Virus record (IMG/VR): IMGVR_UViG_3300028864_000017
Length of the DNA stretch: 64,000 nucleotides
DNA from: a virus
Lineage: Duplodnaviria; Caudoviricetes
Direction: 5' to 3' (one strand)
A model generated the notes under the pieces. The model had not been told where the DNA came from, did not search any database, and saw only the letters and a list, made by a program, of their open reading frames with translations. The translations under genes and the position numbers were made by a program. Positions within the stretch are counted from its first letter, which is position 1; each line of letters opens with the position of its first letter. Positions 9,612-18,360 of this stretch are shown one piece after another.

Positions 9612-10472
9612 TTATTTTCCTTTCCATACTAATTTATATTCATATGTTCCTGGTAGCATTATAATTTCTCTTTGATTAGTATGATAGTATTTCTTTGGTA
9701 ACATCTGTACATCAACTAAAATGTCATCTGGTGAAGTAGTCATAACTGCAACAAATGGAGGTGTTGATGGTTCATCATCAATAAATCTAATAGCTGTTAA
9801 TATGTTAGTAGTCCAAGAAGTTGGATAATTAAAAAATGATTTTATTGTTTGTCCTTTTTTATAAGGAGAATCTACTTCTGATGAATGTACAATTTGAACT
9901 TCTTCTAATCCTTTATATATTTTTATTGATTCAGTTGGTCTAAATTGTTTCAATTCATCTATAATATTTTGTGTCAATTTTGGTAATCTTAATGATCCTG
10001 ATATATATAAGTATAACCATCTATCAGTTTCTTCTGAATATTTTATTTTTAATCTTGATGTCTTATTTTTATCATACATTACAAATCCTCCTACAAGTTT
10101 GAAACTTACTACATCATTAACATCTTCTATATAAATTTGCCAATCATTCATATAATTCTTTAAAAAATATCCAGAATAACCAGAATGTTCATCTTTAATG
10201 TCCTTCTTATCACTAAAAATATCTTCATCATCTATCATATCAATAAGTCTTTTCTTTTTGTATATTGGCTTATTTAATTTAATTTGATAAATATATTCAC
10301 TACCTGTATCTGAAGCATCTGCTCTATTATATGGAAATATTAAAGCTTTACTAAAATTTTTTTTAGTCAAAGGTTTATCAGAGTATGCATATAAAAAACC
10401 GTCATATTCATCTATTTCATCAAAATCAGTTTCTTTATAATCTACTATTTCATATTTCTTAATATATTTCAT
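9612..10472 (-). CDS. Putative ADP-ribosyltransferase-fold protein with N-terminal leader
   Basis: C-terminal IYKG...PTSWTTNILTAIRF...NQREII resembles the R-STS-QxE ART pattern (R replaced by K); starts MKYIKKYE. Confidence 0.55.
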   Translation of the reverse strand: MKYIKKYEIVDYKETDFDEIDEYDGFLYAYSDKPLTKKNFSKALIFPYNRADASDTGSEYIYQIKLNKPIYKKKRLIDMIDDEDIFSDKKDIKDEHSGYSGYFLKNYMNDWQIYIEDVNDVVSFKLVGGFVMYDKNKTSRLKIKYSEETDRWLYLYISGSLRLPKLTQNIIDELKQFRPTESIKIYKGLEEVQIVHSSEVDSPYKKGQTIKSFFNYPTSWTTNILTAIRFIDDEPSTPPFVAVMTTSPDDILVDVQMLPKKYYHTNQREIIMLPGTYEYKLVWKGK

Positions 10473-10822
10473 ATGTTAAACTTATTTGTCTCTTTTTCTA
10501 ATTTGAATTGTTTTATATCTTGTTTTGTGACTTCAATTTCTCCTTGATACTCAAATCTACCTCGTTCTATATTACCTTTAACATATTCATCATAAATACA
10601 CCATTTAAAGTTATTAAAATTTCTATTTGGATCATATGTTATATAAATTTTATTATTCTTTTTTTTGTATGTGTACATTGAAAATGTTTCATCATCTTTA
10701 ATGTTTTTATAACAATTTAATGCATCAATTTTTTTCATACTTATTTCAAAATATGGCTCACGTACATTAACTACCCAATATTTTTTTTCATTAATACCTT
10801 CAAAAAATTTTATGTATTTCAT
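10469..10822 (-). CDS. Distant member of the 1614-2967 paralog family (leader + KFNI tag)
   Basis: Preferred start MKYIKFFE at 10822; KKYWVV...IYITY...W...FEYQGEIEV...TNKFNI*. Confidence 0.7.
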   Translation of the reverse strand: MKYIKFFEGINEKKYWVVNVREPYFEISMKKIDALNCYKNIKDDETFSMYTYKKKNNKIYITYDPNRNFNNFKWCIYDEYVKGNIERGRFEYQGEIEVTKQDIKQFKLEKETNKFNI

Positions 10823-13308
10823 TCCCATCTATCATTATAAATATTTTTAGTGAATAATTTTTTAGTAGCATTATCTGCTAATATCAAATTATTAGAATCT
10901 TGCACAACTCTCTGTAACAATAAATTAGATTTAGATTCATCAGGAATTACATCATCATATATTCTAATATTAGTTAATTTAATATCAGATGAATTTATTG
11001 TTATAGTTTGATCTATATTAAATGTGTTTAATGGAACAACAGAATTATTATATCCATCAACATATTTTATTGATGCAAGTTTATATAAACTAGTATCAGG
11101 TAATCTGGTAGCTATTTCAGTATTTTTAACTGGTCTATATCCATTTGAGTTATAATATGTAATACCAGATGTGTTAGTATTATCTAATATAACACTCTTA
11201 TAATCATGTGTAAACATTGTTATTTTATAATTGTATCTTCTTTTAAATAAATCTAAACTCACTTCTCTTTGTCTATTATCTAAATTTACAGTTAAACCGT
11301 ACCACATATTTGTTGTTAATCCTGTTGCAGTTAAACTATAATCAATATTATTTATAGTTAATGAAATTTTACTATTTTTATATGATAATTTATATCCTTT
11401 GTTATTAATTGAATCATAATTATTTAAAAATTCGAAATTACTAGTACTATTGATATTATATGACCTAAATGTACTTTCATCAATTGCTTTATTTGTATCG
11501 TAAATATTATTAAAATTGAACCAAACATTAAATGATCTATTATCACTAACTTTCAAATTTGAATCTTTGTAAGTATATGACACGGCTGTAATTCCAGATG
11601 GTAAAGAAGATAAATTATAATAACTATCAGCTATTTTTATATCCTTTAAAGAATTATAAATATCCTTTTTAATTATATTTAATTTAGGATTTACATTTAA
11701 TCTATAAACTTCATGTGTAATTGGTTTTAATTGTTTACTTACTATTTTATCTTCTTGCTCTCTTATCTCAACTCCAAATAATGAATCAATAGTATTATTA
11801 TTTGTTAATATATCTATCAAATTTGTTGATTTAGTAGAAAGATTTTTTTCATTTGCAAGTTTTTCATATTTTTCAAGTACAACATTATAATAAATACCCA
11901 TATACATCACATCTCTTTTTACTTGAGCACTTTTTACTCTGTACATACGATTTGCCTGGCAAAAAAATATTATATCTTTTTGTGACGGTCTTTTTTCAAT
12001 TCCAAACGCATTATGAAATTCATCTTTTAGTATTATAACTTGAAAGGTGTCCATCATATCTAGCATATATTCATTCACTTGAACTTGATTATCAGGAAAT
12101 GTATTTTCAGGTACTATTATTTTAATTTTTTGTGTATCTACTATATTATATAATTGATATTCATGAAGAATACTATCAATTCCTTTTCCGTCTGGATCTG
12201 TTAAATGATAATCAACTGTCCATCCGAATATTTTACCTACAGTGTTTGCTAAATATGCATACCAATTACCAATTTTAATAGATCCAGCATATGGATTAAA
12301 AATACCATCTGATGCTGCTGTTTGGGTTGAATTGAATCCAGGATCATTAACTTGTGAGCTTAACTTTGTTACTACATTTCCTGATAAATAACAACTCAAT
12401 CCCTTTGTTATCCAATCTCTATTATAATCAATTGCTCCTCCAGTTTGATAAATTGTTGTTCCACATAAACATATAGCATTTGGATTATCAACATAATCAA
12501 TGGTTGTACCAGTATTTAGGGATGGATATGTCAAAGAGCAATCCTCTCTAACTCCATATCTATTAAGTTTAAGATAATTTTTATTAATATTTTGAAAATC
12601 TCCTAATAATATTATATCGTATATTTTAGATGTAATTCCATTTGTTTTTTTAGAAACAGAATATTCAACTTGAGCAAATCTGATAGGATTTATTTTTACT
12701 GTTGATATATTTTCAGTTGTTAAAGGTTCCCATGGAGTATATGTTCTACCATTATCTTGAGTAAATCTATATTTAATTTGTAAATTATTTGTATTTACAC
12801 CATAAACTTCATATCCTGTTAATTTGAAAACTTTATAAATATTTTTAGGACTAAATATTATAAAATCATCATCTGGTATATCGACAATGGTATCAGTTTC
12901 CTCAATATTATAAGTTCCTTCAATTACAATTGTGTTTATTGCTAATGTAGGTATTGTATCAATATTTTCATCAATTCTATAATATGATAGATTTAAATAT
13001 AAGTCATTCAATGCACAATACACTTGAGTAATTCCTGTAATAGGCATAGATTCACTATAGCTCACTTCACTATAACTTACTCCACTTCTTAAATTACTAT
13101 AAGAAAAATATTTTTTAAAATAATGTTCATCTGTTTCACCTTTTATTACATCTGTGAAATTTGTAATTGATGATATACTTTTTAATGGTACAATTGAAAA
13201 TGTTTTAATATCACGAAGTTGAGTTGAGATTTCATCTGTATACATTGGAGCACCTATCCAACTCATTGTAAATGTACCATCAAATTTAGGCGTATAAATA
13301 TATCTCAT
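10819..13308 (-). CDS. Extended T4 gp14-like neck/head-completion protein with extra N- and C-terminal domains
   Basis: Central FG..VDY..TDP...D.IL.EY.LYN...VPEN.FP...F...FG...RP..KDII.F...RMY.V pattern; C-terminal LamG-like strands (FNVWF, WYGLTVNL, LTNIRIYD). Confidence 0.55.
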   Translation of the reverse strand: MRYIYTPKFDGTFTMSWIGAPMYTDEISTQLRDIKTFSIVPLKSISSITNFTDVIKGETDEHYFKKYFSYSNLRSGVSYSEVSYSESMPITGITQVYCALNDLYLNLSYYRIDENIDTIPTLAINTIVIEGTYNIEETDTIVDIPDDDFIIFSPKNIYKVFKLTGYEVYGVNTNNLQIKYRFTQDNGRTYTPWEPLTTENISTVKINPIRFAQVEYSVSKKTNGITSKIYDIILLGDFQNINKNYLKLNRYGVREDCSLTYPSLNTGTTIDYVDNPNAICLCGTTIYQTGGAIDYNRDWITKGLSCYLSGNVVTKLSSQVNDPGFNSTQTAASDGIFNPYAGSIKIGNWYAYLANTVGKIFGWTVDYHLTDPDGKGIDSILHEYQLYNIVDTQKIKIIVPENTFPDNQVQVNEYMLDMMDTFQVIILKDEFHNAFGIEKRPSQKDIIFFCQANRMYRVKSAQVKRDVMYMGIYYNVVLEKYEKLANEKNLSTKSTNLIDILTNNNTIDSLFGVEIREQEDKIVSKQLKPITHEVYRLNVNPKLNIIKKDIYNSLKDIKIADSYYNLSSLPSGITAVSYTYKDSNLKVSDNRSFNVWFNFNNIYDTNKAIDESTFRSYNINSTSNFEFLNNYDSINNKGYKLSYKNSKISLTINNIDYSLTATGLTTNMWYGLTVNLDNRQREVSLDLFKRRYNYKITMFTHDYKSVILDNTNTSGITYYNSNGYRPVKNTEIATRLPDTSLYKLASIKYVDGYNNSVVPLNTFNIDQTITINSSDIKLTNIRIYDDVIPDESKSNLLLQRVVQDSNNLILADNATKKLFTKNIYNDRWE

Positions 13309-13358
13309 GTTTAATTATTTTATATTTATATTATATATAAATTTTTGGATGCTAAATT

Positions 13359-13368
13359 TTATATATAA
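13359..13368 (+). promoter_or_regulatory. Putative late promoter TTATATATAA
   Basis: 14 nt upstream of the structural operon start at 13383. Confidence 0.4.
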
Positions 13369-13382
13369 GAGAAAACATTAGT

Positions 13383-14156
13383 ATGGCTATAATAACACCT
13401 AATTCTCTTATTAATACAACAGAGAGAACAATAAAAAATTGGAATTGCTCATTTATTGCGGTTGAAGGTCCAAATATAATTAATAAATTAAGTTTAGAGG
13501 ATTTAGCTATTCCATATGAATCACAATACAGATCAAGAATAGTTTTGAAAGCAGGAGAATCCAATAAATTACTTTATGGATTTGTTGGTAAAGCGGTTAC
13601 ATTTTTAATGATAAAAGTAACTTATGATAGTTTAAAAGATCCATATTATATATATGAGCAAATAAAATATAATATAAATTATTACTTCGAAAATGACCCA
13701 ATTTTAAGACCATTGAATAGATTATTGATAATGACAGGATCTTCTGAAGAAAGAATTCCACAAATTTATGTGACTAATCCACTTGATTATGATGTTGTTT
13801 TAGATATATTACATGCTACGGTCGATTCAGAATTTGATGATGAAACAGATGTACCATCTGATTACCAAATACATTATGGAGTAAAAAACATATCAAGCAC
13901 ATACACTGGTACAACAACAGATGAATATATCAGATGTTCTGGTACAACAGATAATTCCTCAACATATTCTTTATATTTACCAATATCAACAGGTTCTGGT
14001 AATGTATTAACAATTAAAAACATATCAGAAGGAGTTATAACTATCATTCCTGAAAGCATTCAAACAATAGATTATTCAACATCATATGAATATATTCATC
14101 AATATGAGGTTTTAAGATTAATTGATGCCAGTGTTGGAAACTGGGATAAAATTTAA
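13383..14156 (+). CDS. Putative structural (tail/baseplate-associated) protein; paralog of the next gene
   Basis: Shares YES.Y..R..L...TFL.IKV.Y...DPYY...YNINYY...RLL...NP.DYDV.LD with 14167..15036. Confidence 0.55.
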   Translation: MAIITPNSLINTTERTIKNWNCSFIAVEGPNIINKLSLEDLAIPYESQYRSRIVLKAGESNKLLYGFVGKAVTFLMIKVTYDSLKDPYYIYEQIKYNINYYFENDPILRPLNRLLIMTGSSEERIPQIYVTNPLDYDVVLDILHATVDSEFDDETDVPSDYQIHYGVKNISSTYTGTTTDEYIRCSGTTDNSSTYSLYLPISTGSGNVLTIKNISEGVITIIPESIQTIDYSTSYEYIHQYEVLRLIDASVGNWDKI

Positions 14157-14166
14157 TATAAATATA

Positions 14167-15036
14167 GTGGCTAAAATAACTAGTAATTCACTTAGTAGTA
14201 AAATAAAAAGAGAAATAAAAAATTGGGATAGAGATTTTAGAACATCTGATGGGCCTCAAACTTCAACATTATTAAGTCTTAGTGATATTGAAATATCATA
14301 TGAATCATGCTACAATGCAAGATTAATACTACCTGCTTACACTGAAAATTTTTTACTAGATTATGGAACATCAGGAGAATCTACTTTTTTATTAATAAAA
14401 GTTATTTATAATGGAAATTATAGTAGTACTAATGAGAGTTCTTATGATCCTTACTATTACTTTGATGAAAGTACATATAATATAAATTATTATTATGATT
14501 CTGATTCAGGTACAACATTTCCAATAGGTAGATTACTACTTTTAAATGGCTCTCTTACAAATAAAATAGGAAAAATTTATTTGAATAATCCTTCTGATTA
14601 CGATGTGGCATTAGATGTTATGCAAGCAAATATTGATTATCCTCCTGCTATTCCTCCAAGTAGTGCTATAACAATATCAAATTTATATTTTAATGACATT
14701 ATTACCAATCAAGTAAATTGTGAATCTATTAGCGGAATTACAACAGGATCAACAGAATTTATTATTAGTGAATATAAACCATCAGGAACAGGTTATACAA
14801 TATTTAAATATTATATTCCATATAATACTATTACATCATTGAGTTTAGATACAACACTAAATTATATATATTTAGGTACTACATCAACTTATTATACTAT
14901 TAAATTTTTAACAAATTTTGATAGTCAACAATCATATAATAGAATAATATTTTCATATTCTTCATATACATCAGATGTTTGTAGATATTTAACTAGTGAT
15001 GTAGCATATGATAATGGAATTATCACTAATTGTTAA
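14167..15036 (+). CDS. Putative structural protein; paralog of 13383..14156
   Basis: GTG start at 14167 gives MAKITSNSL, matching MAIITPNSL of the paralog; the track start at 14122 is probably too early. Confidence 0.55.
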   Translation: MAKITSNSLSSKIKREIKNWDRDFRTSDGPQTSTLLSLSDIEISYESCYNARLILPAYTENFLLDYGTSGESTFLLIKVIYNGNYSSTNESSYDPYYYFDESTYNINYYYDSDSGTTFPIGRLLLLNGSLTNKIGKIYLNNPSDYDVALDVMQANIDYPPAIPPSSAITISNLYFNDIITNQVNCESISGITTGSTEFIISEYKPSGTGYTIFKYYIPYNTITSLSLDTTLNYIYLGTTSTYYTIKFLTNFDSQQSYNRIIFSYSSYTSDVCRYLTSDVAYDNGIITNC

Positions 15037-15054
15037 AATTAAAATATTAAATTA

Positions 15055-16308
15055 ATGAATATTATATATAACCCACATATATTATATAGCGTAACTGACA
15101 CTACTACTGACTATTATAAAGTAAGTTCAGGTATAAGTTCAGGTATTAATATTTATAGCGGATTTACTCTAAATATTGGTGATTTTGATAGAAATATAAT
15201 CAATAGGGTAGATATTATTAGTAATGTTATAAATTATATATCAGATGATGAAAATGAAAATGAAAATATAAATAGATTTCAATTAAATACCTTAATTGTT
15301 GATACTAATCAAATATATGAAAATATAACTAAAACAGGTAATTATTGTATTAAATTTTCATATGATGATAATGATGAAGATGATGATATAGCAGATTATC
15401 TTATTATGAATATAATTGATTTGAAAATAAATACAACAACAACTACAACATTTAGAATAATATCGACAACTACAACAACAAATATTAAAGAATCAGAAGG
15501 ACCAATTATTTATTATAAATATCCTATTAGCGGAACAACTTGGACTGGCGGAGGAACAATAGTACCTCACGATGCAAGGTTGCATTTATCTCATGACGGA
15601 ATAACTGGATGGACATCAGATAGTTTAAAATATTTATTTATTGATAGAATAATAGATTGCTTTAATTTGAATATATCATTAGATAATATTATTTTCTATT
15701 TATATGTAATTGATAAAAATATTATATTACCTGAAATAATTGAATATGGAATTTATAATATTTATATTTCAGTTTCAGATTATGTCGGCAATACTACATC
15801 AAGTTATATTTATAATATTATTGTTAATGATAGTGTTCCTGAAATTGTATTTATACCTAATGTTTTAACAACAGAAATAACAGGTAACACAAGTGATTTT
15901 TCAAATGCATCTGGAATAACTGGTGAAATTTATATTGAGAGTGGATTTACTCTTACTCTTAATCAATTTGATAAAAATATTATTCATACAATTGATATTA
16001 TTAATAATCTTATACTTTACATAGATGATGCTACTGATCCTAATATCAATAAATATTATTCAAATGTTTTAATTGTAGGAGAAAAATTTTCAGATTATGA
16101 AAATATAATATATCCTAATATTCAAAATCCTGGATATTATTGCATAAAAATATCAATAACAAACAATATAGGAAATGAAGGAATTTATTATTTTATTTTA
16201 AAGGTAACATATAATATTAGTATTTTTTCTCAAGGATATTGGCAAGATGGTAAAGTTTGGATAGATTCTTCTATATGGATAGATAATCCTATTATATCTA
16301 AAGTATAA
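15055..16308 (+). CDS. Putative structural protein with an internal domain duplication
   Basis: SGFTL...FD.NII...DII.N.I.YI.D...IN....N.LIV...YENI...G.YCIK occurs twice; poly-Thr linker. Confidence 0.55.
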   Translation: MNIIYNPHILYSVTDTTTDYYKVSSGISSGINIYSGFTLNIGDFDRNIINRVDIISNVINYISDDENENENINRFQLNTLIVDTNQIYENITKTGNYCIKFSYDDNDEDDDIADYLIMNIIDLKINTTTTTTFRIISTTTTTNIKESEGPIIYYKYPISGTTWTGGGTIVPHDARLHLSHDGITGWTSDSLKYLFIDRIIDCFNLNISLDNIIFYLYVIDKNIILPEIIEYGIYNIYISVSDYVGNTTSSYIYNIIVNDSVPEIVFIPNVLTTEITGNTSDFSNASGITGEIYIESGFTLTLNQFDKNIIHTIDIINNLILYIDDATDPNINKYYSNVLIVGEKFSDYENIIYPNIQNPGYYCIKISITNNIGNEGIYYFILKVTYNISIFSQGYWQDGKVWIDSSIWIDNPIISKV

Positions 16309-16352
16309 AGATTAATTTAAATATATACATAAATAAATAAATAAATTATAAT

Positions 16353-18359
16353 ATGAGTGAATGGATATTGGAATATGAAAATGGTGGAAACATAAGAAAA
16401 AAACTAAATGACTTAAAATATACAGTTGATTCAATTGTTGAATCTGGAAGAACATCTACATCAGGAACAGATGGTACAACAGGTATCTCAGGAACAGATG
16501 GAACATCAGGAACATCAGGTAGTTCTGGAACATCAGGAACATCAGGTAGCTCAGGAACATCAGGTTCATCAGGTAGCTCAGGAACATCAGGAAGCTCTGG
16601 CTCATCAGGAACATCAGGTTCATCAGGAAGCTCTGGCTCATCAGGAACTTCAGGTACAGATGGAACATCAGGAAGCTCAGGAACATCAGGAAGCTCTGGT
16701 TCATCAGGTAGCTCAGGATCGTCAGGTACAGATGGAACATCAGGTTCATCAGGTAGCTCAGGATCGTCAGGTACAGATGGAACATCAGGTAGCTCAGGTT
16801 CATCAGGTAGCTCAGGAACATCAGGCACAGATGGTACATCAGGTACATCAGGAAGCTCTGGCTCATCAGGTAGTTCTGGTAGTTCAGGAACATCAGGCAC
16901 AGATGGTACATCAGGCACAGGCTTTGATACAGTAACTAATTACTCAAATAATAGAATATTAAAATCTGATGGTACTACAAACGGCGCATATGCTGATAGT
17001 GGATTAACATATAATGGATTAACATTAGAAGTAAATGGAGGAATTAATTCAACTGAAAATATAATATCAAAAGGAAGCATAATTTCTGCTATTGTATCAG
17101 TAACAGGAGGTACATCAAATCAATTTTTAAAAGCAGATGGTTCTATTGATTCAACATCATATTCTAATACTAATCATAATCATTATCAATTATATCAACC
17201 TAATGGATTAAATCCTTTTGTATATACTGATAACGGAGGATCATTTCATATTGATGGAAATATTATACAGTCAGGAACAACTTATGAAACTCATTCTGAA
17301 CAAATATTTACAACGAAAGATTATATAATATTAAGAAGTGGAGCAACAACAGGATTATCAGAAGGTGAATATACTGGATTTGAATCTGTAAAATATGATG
17401 GATTGAGTAATGGTAGATTAGTTTTTGATAATCATGGTATAGCTAGAGTAGGAGATATTGGATATGAACAACCTCTATCTACAAGAGAAGAAATTCCAAC
17501 AGATAATTATTTGGCTATTTGGAACTCTGGCAAAACAAGATTTGAATCTATAAATCCAATAGATTTACCTGTTTCAACACAGACTATAAATTTAATTAGT
17601 GATGAGACTATTAGTAGAATAAGCGGAGATACTATATTAACTAATTTAATAAGTGATGAAACATTCAATAGACTGTCTGGTGATACTTCATTAACAAGCA
17701 TAATAAGTGATGAAACATCTAATAGAATAAGCGGATATACATCATTAAATAATTTAATAAGTGATGAAACATTCAATAGAATAAGCGGATATACATATTT
17801 AAACAATTTAATTACAGGAGAAACATTTAATAGAATTTCTGGTGAAACATCATTAACAAACTTAATAAGCGATGAGACTATTGACAGAATAAGTGGAGAT
17901 ACACAATTGAATAACTTAATTACAGGAATAACACAAAATATTATTAATTATATTCCTTATACTGGTTCAACTTCAAATGTTGATTTAGGTAATAATAATA
18001 TTTCAGCCAGTTTATTTATTAAATCAGGAGGAACATCATCTCAATTCTTAAAAGCTAACGGTACGGTAGATAGTAATTATTATATAAATGCAACAATAAT
18101 AAATACAATATCTATATTAATTTTAAATTGGTCTAGTTCTGTAAATGCGAACGGTTTTTATTATTATACAATATCAGATACAAATGTATCAATAACATCA
18201 TGGATAGATGCAGTATTTTCAAATTTGAACTCATCTGATGTTTCAAGTTCTGGAATACAACCATCTATAACAACAGCATCAGGAAGTTTTATAATAGAAT
18301 CAACTTCTGTACCAAAAACTGATTTAACATTAACATACAAAATAATAGGAGGAATATAA
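16353..18359 (+). CDS. Tail-fibre-like protein with GTSGSS low-complexity repeats and 18-aa helical repeats
   Basis: About 155 aa of G-[TS]-[SD] triplets; GGTSxQFLKAxG twice; six LISDETxxRISGxTxLxN repeats. Confidence 0.7.
   Translation: MSEWILEYENGGNIRKKLNDLKYTVDSIVESGRTSTSGTDGTTGISGTDGTSGTSGSSGTSGTSGSSGTSGSSGSSGTSGSSGSSGTSGSSGSSGSSGTSGTDGTSGSSGTSGSSGSSGSSGSSGTDGTSGSSGSSGSSGTDGTSGSSGSSGSSGTSGTDGTSGTSGSSGSSGSSGSSGTSGTDGTSGTGFDTVTNYSNNRILKSDGTTNGAYADSGLTYNGLTLEVNGGINSTENIISKGSIISAIVSVTGGTSNQFLKADGSIDSTSYSNTNHNHYQLYQPNGLNPFVYTDNGGSFHIDGNIIQSGTTYETHSEQIFTTKDYIILRSGATTGLSEGEYTGFESVKYDGLSNGRLVFDNHGIARVGDIGYEQPLSTREEIPTDNYLAIWNSGKTRFESINPIDLPVSTQTINLISDETISRISGDTILTNLISDETFNRLSGDTSLTSIISDETSNRISGYTSLNNLISDETFNRISGYTYLNNLITGETFNRISGETSLTNLISDETIDRISGDTQLNNLITGITQNIINYIPYTGSTSNVDLGNNNISASLFIKSGGTSSQFLKANGTVDSNYYINATIINTISILILNWSSSVNANGFYYYTISDTNVSITSWIDAVFSNLNSSDVSSSGIQPSITTASGSFIIESTSVPKTDLTLTYKIIGGI
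16452..16922 (+). repeat. 9-bp-period coding repeat (tcaggaaca/tcaggtagc/gatggaaca...) encoding GTS/GSS/GTD
   Basis: Directly visible tandem 9-mers. Confidence 0.9.
17592..17927 (+). repeat. Six 54-bp (18-aa) tandem repeats
   Basis: LISDETISRISGDTILTN / LISDETFNRLSGDTSLTS / IISDETSNRISGYTSLNN etc. Confidence 0.85.
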
Positions 18360-18360
18360 T

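Noticed and set aside
1921-10490. Gene-end repeats as integron-like attC or cassette recombination sites
   Set aside because: No inverted-repeat structure, no integrase in the window, and variation is synonymous
16346-16935. Overlapping ORFs 16346..16918(-), 16426..16935(+) and 16456..16911(-) with PDVP/QEHQ/LMFL repeats
   Set aside because: Shadow frames of the 9-bp GTSGSS repeat in the fibre gene
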